A stretch of 45,042 nt of DNA from Stramenopiles sp. TOSAG23-2 (taxonomy: Eukaryota). The first letter of the stretch is position 1. Each line of letters begins with the position of its first letter. The position numbers and the translations under genes were made by a program. Under the pieces are notes generated by a model. That model had not been told where the DNA came from and ran no database searches. It was given only the letters and a program-made list of their open reading frames with translations. Shown in pieces: positions 42,989 through 45,042 of this stretch. The stretch is from the NCBI GenBank assembly GCA_900128395.1, contig LT649290.1, positions 1 to 45,042 on the forward strand. The letters are read 5' to 3'.

Positions 42989-43498
42989 TCAATTCCATTT
43001 ACCATCTTCCTTAGCTGGTCCTAACATATCCGGTGGCTTTTGACGATCTAATACTTTTTCTTCATAAAATTTATATGCCAATCCAGTTAAACAGAAAAAC
43101 CATACAGTATATACAATACGCCATGTACTTTTTTTATTGACGTCTAAAAACAATTCTGGATTTGTTAAACGAAATAATGATGTTGAATCTGGTGCAGGAA
43201 TTTTACCTTTTCTAAATTCTTCCTCTGCTTTATCGCGTTTCTTCTTTTTTCCTTTCTTTTTCTTTTTTATTTTTTTTGCCATACCATCTGTTGATGGTTC
43301 GATGGATGAGGATGCAGATTTAGATGTTGATGATGTTGTATGAATAAATGAACGTTGATGATTATTAATATTATTCATATAATTATTATTATTATTATAA
43401 TTTCTTTTTAATAATCGTATTGATGATTTATTTATATTATTATTACAATTATGACGATGACCAACATGGCATATACGATTGAATGTTAATCGTAACAT
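42989..43498 (-). CDS. SMIM8: SMIM8-like (DUF4500) small single-pass protein with a probable mitochondrial presequence
   Basis: TSLFRLTNPELF resembles SMIM8 TTLFRAVNPELF and is followed by one TM helix; Arg-rich, acid-free N-terminus. Confidence 0.65.
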   Translation of the reverse strand: MLRLTFNRICHVGHRHNCNNNINKSSIRLLKRNYNNNNNYMNNINNHQRSFIHTTSSTSKSASSSIEPSTDGMAKKIKKKKKGKKKKRDKAEEEFRKGKIPAPDSTSLFRLTNPELFLDVNKKSTWRIVYTVWFFCLTGLAYKFYEEKVLDRQKPPDMLGPAKEDGKWN

Positions 43499-43847
43499 AT
43501 TATTATTTATAAGTATTGTTGTTTTTACATATATAGATCCTATTTTTATGTATGTAATATAATATTTTTGTCTTTTCTATTGACTAAGAAAGAAGACAAA
43601 TATAGTAATATTAAACAAATTGAATGGGAAAAGCGAATGTAAATGCAGTGCGTATATGACGGAGGGGGGTTAGTATACAAAACATCAGGAGGAGAGGAAA
43701 GGTGTTTAAAAATGTTTTCTCCACACACACACACTCTTTTAATAAATTAAAACACTGTGTTTTTAATATATATATATATATATTTTAATTATCTCTGACT
43801 CAATCGTCGTCATCCTCTCCTCGTCTCTTTTTTTTTTTCTTTCTTTC

Positions 43848-44123
43848 TTTGGTCCCCACACACAGTCCGTTTCATCTTCACACTTCCCTTTCTTGCAGCT
43901 CTCTCTCCAATAATTAATGATGATCTTTAGATGGATCGTGGAAATGGAATTTCTCTGCACCAGTAGCATCCATAACAATATNNNNNNNNTTTGGTCCCCA
44001 CACACAGTCCGTTTCATCTTCACACTTCCCTTTCTTGCAGCTCTCTCTCCAATAATTAATGATGATCTTTAGATGGATCGTGGAAATGGAATTTCTCTGC
44101 ACCAGTAGCATCCATAACAATAT
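43848..44123. repeat. 134-bp exact duplication across an 8-N scaffold gap (assembly artefact)
   Basis: 43848-43981 equals 43990-44123, separated by N at 43982-43989. Confidence 0.97.
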
Positions 44124-45042
44124 CGAATATAGCAAATTGACCTGCGGTTAATGAACCAATCATAACACAACGTGCACCTAAACCAGTTAAACATAATTTA
44201 GCGAAACCCATTTCAACTGCTAAATTAGTTAAACGTGATACGATACTTCCTGTACCACCAGCTGTTTCACTTTTATTAATTAATGATAATAAAGTATCAG
44301 CTGGATGGGAAATAATTGCAGCAGCAACACCTGCAATTGTACCAGAACTCAATGCAACTGCCATTTTAGTACCGCCTGTCATGGTTTCTGGGTCAATACC
44401 AGTAGCACCACAAATAACATCTTGTGCACTACCTTGTACAGCAAATTTAGCCATGGTGTATGGAATTTGCTTGAACAAGATTGGTCCGAAACCACTGTAA
44501 AATCCTTTCAAGACACCATCTTGTTTAATAATTTTTGGAAATGCAGTAGCTAAACCACTTGCAAATTCTGGGTTGGATACTAAACGAATACGTGTTGCTT
44601 CCAATGGGCATAAGAAACAATCAGCAATAAACTCAGCACATGCAGCAGATAATAAATAAATTGGTGTTTTTAATTCCCATGCTCTTGCATCACCATAGTA
44701 TTGTGCTTGGTTGATTTTGAAAAATTCAACACCACCGAATTTAAACCAACCTTGAATGAAATAACCAACAACAGTTGGTCCTAAACCAGTTGCTAATGCA
44801 CCGACACCTTCCTCACCAACAACTTGTTTAAATCCACCAAACATACCTTTGTTGTATTTGATAGGATCCAATTGGATTCTGGTTTTAACAACATCGACTG
44901 GGCACAAAGCACCATGGGTAACACCGCAGCAGATACCACCGGCTAAACCACCTTTTAAATAATAGGTCAAATCATATACTCCGTCACCACTTGTTGCGTG
45001 TACAACAGGGGAAGTTGCTAATATTTGTTGTTGTGTTTTAAT
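44056..45042 (-). CDS. SLC25A3: Mitochondrial phosphate carrier, 5'-partial
   Basis: GGICCGVTHGALCPVDVVKTRIQ, GYFIQGWFKFGGVEFFK, CPLEATRIRLVS, KQIPYTMAKF, SHPADTLLS. The frame stays open from 44970 to the window edge (IKTQQQILATSPVVHATSGDGVYD). Confidence 0.95.
   Translation of the reverse strand: MKTQQQILATSPVVHATSGDGVYDLTYYLKGGLAGGICCGVTHGALCPVDVVKTRIQLDPIKYNKGMFGGFKQVVGEEGVGALATGLGPTVVGYFIQGWFKFGGVEFFKINQAQYYGDARAWELKTPIYLLSAACAEFIADCFLCPLEATRIRLVSNPEFASGLATAFPKIIKQDGVLKGFYSGFGPILFKQIPYTMAKFAVQGSAQDVICGATGIDPETMTGGTKMAVALSSGTIAGVAAAIISHPADTLLSLINKSETAGGTGSIVSRLTNLAVEMGFAKLCLTGLGARCVMIGSLTAGQFAIFDIVMDATGAEKFHFHDPSKDHH

Noticed and set aside
43763-44135. Extra ORFs or a second phosphate-carrier 3' end
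   Set aside because: Products of the duplicated sequence around the N gap.
114-44553. Numerous 60-160 aa antisense or alternative-frame ORFs in the track
   Set aside because: Shadows of long real genes or low-complexity intergenic DNA, with no recognisable motifs.

Overview
AT-rich, gene-dense and apparently almost intron-free eukaryotic nuclear DNA (standard code, poly-Asn tracts). It is most consistent with a unicellular protist, possibly a heterotrophic stramenopile, but the taxon cannot be established from the sequence. Twelve genes: a partial MDR oxidoreductase; a WD40-repeat/coiled-coil/flavin-monooxygenase-like fusion split by a 7-bp deletion; an MFS transporter; a PTEN-C2/Tudor/CUE/UIM/RING-H2 E3 ligase; CLN5-like; VPS50; a divergent alpha-tubulin; a secreted glycoside-hydrolase-like protein; a 5090-aa HECT E3 with a malectin domain; DHCR7/DWF5; SMIM8-like; and a partial mitochondrial phosphate carrier. 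Eight exact 84-149 bp tandem duplications lie in two genes, and a ninth straddles an N gap; all are most likely scaffolding artefacts. The best candidate for a new system is 1094-5043: nine nearly identical 126-bp WD40 repeats whose variation is concentrated at a few codons, as in fungal HET-E/HNWD receptors, but fused to an FAD/NAD(P)H oxidoreductase with no NACHT domain. Both indel types in the array (a 57-bp insertion with an 11-bp flanking duplication, and a 7-bp deletion) hit the same hypervariable spot. Intergenic DNA contains a diverged hairpin-bearing repeat pair, two MITE-like inverted-repeat elements, a minisatellite and an isolated GC-rich hairpin.
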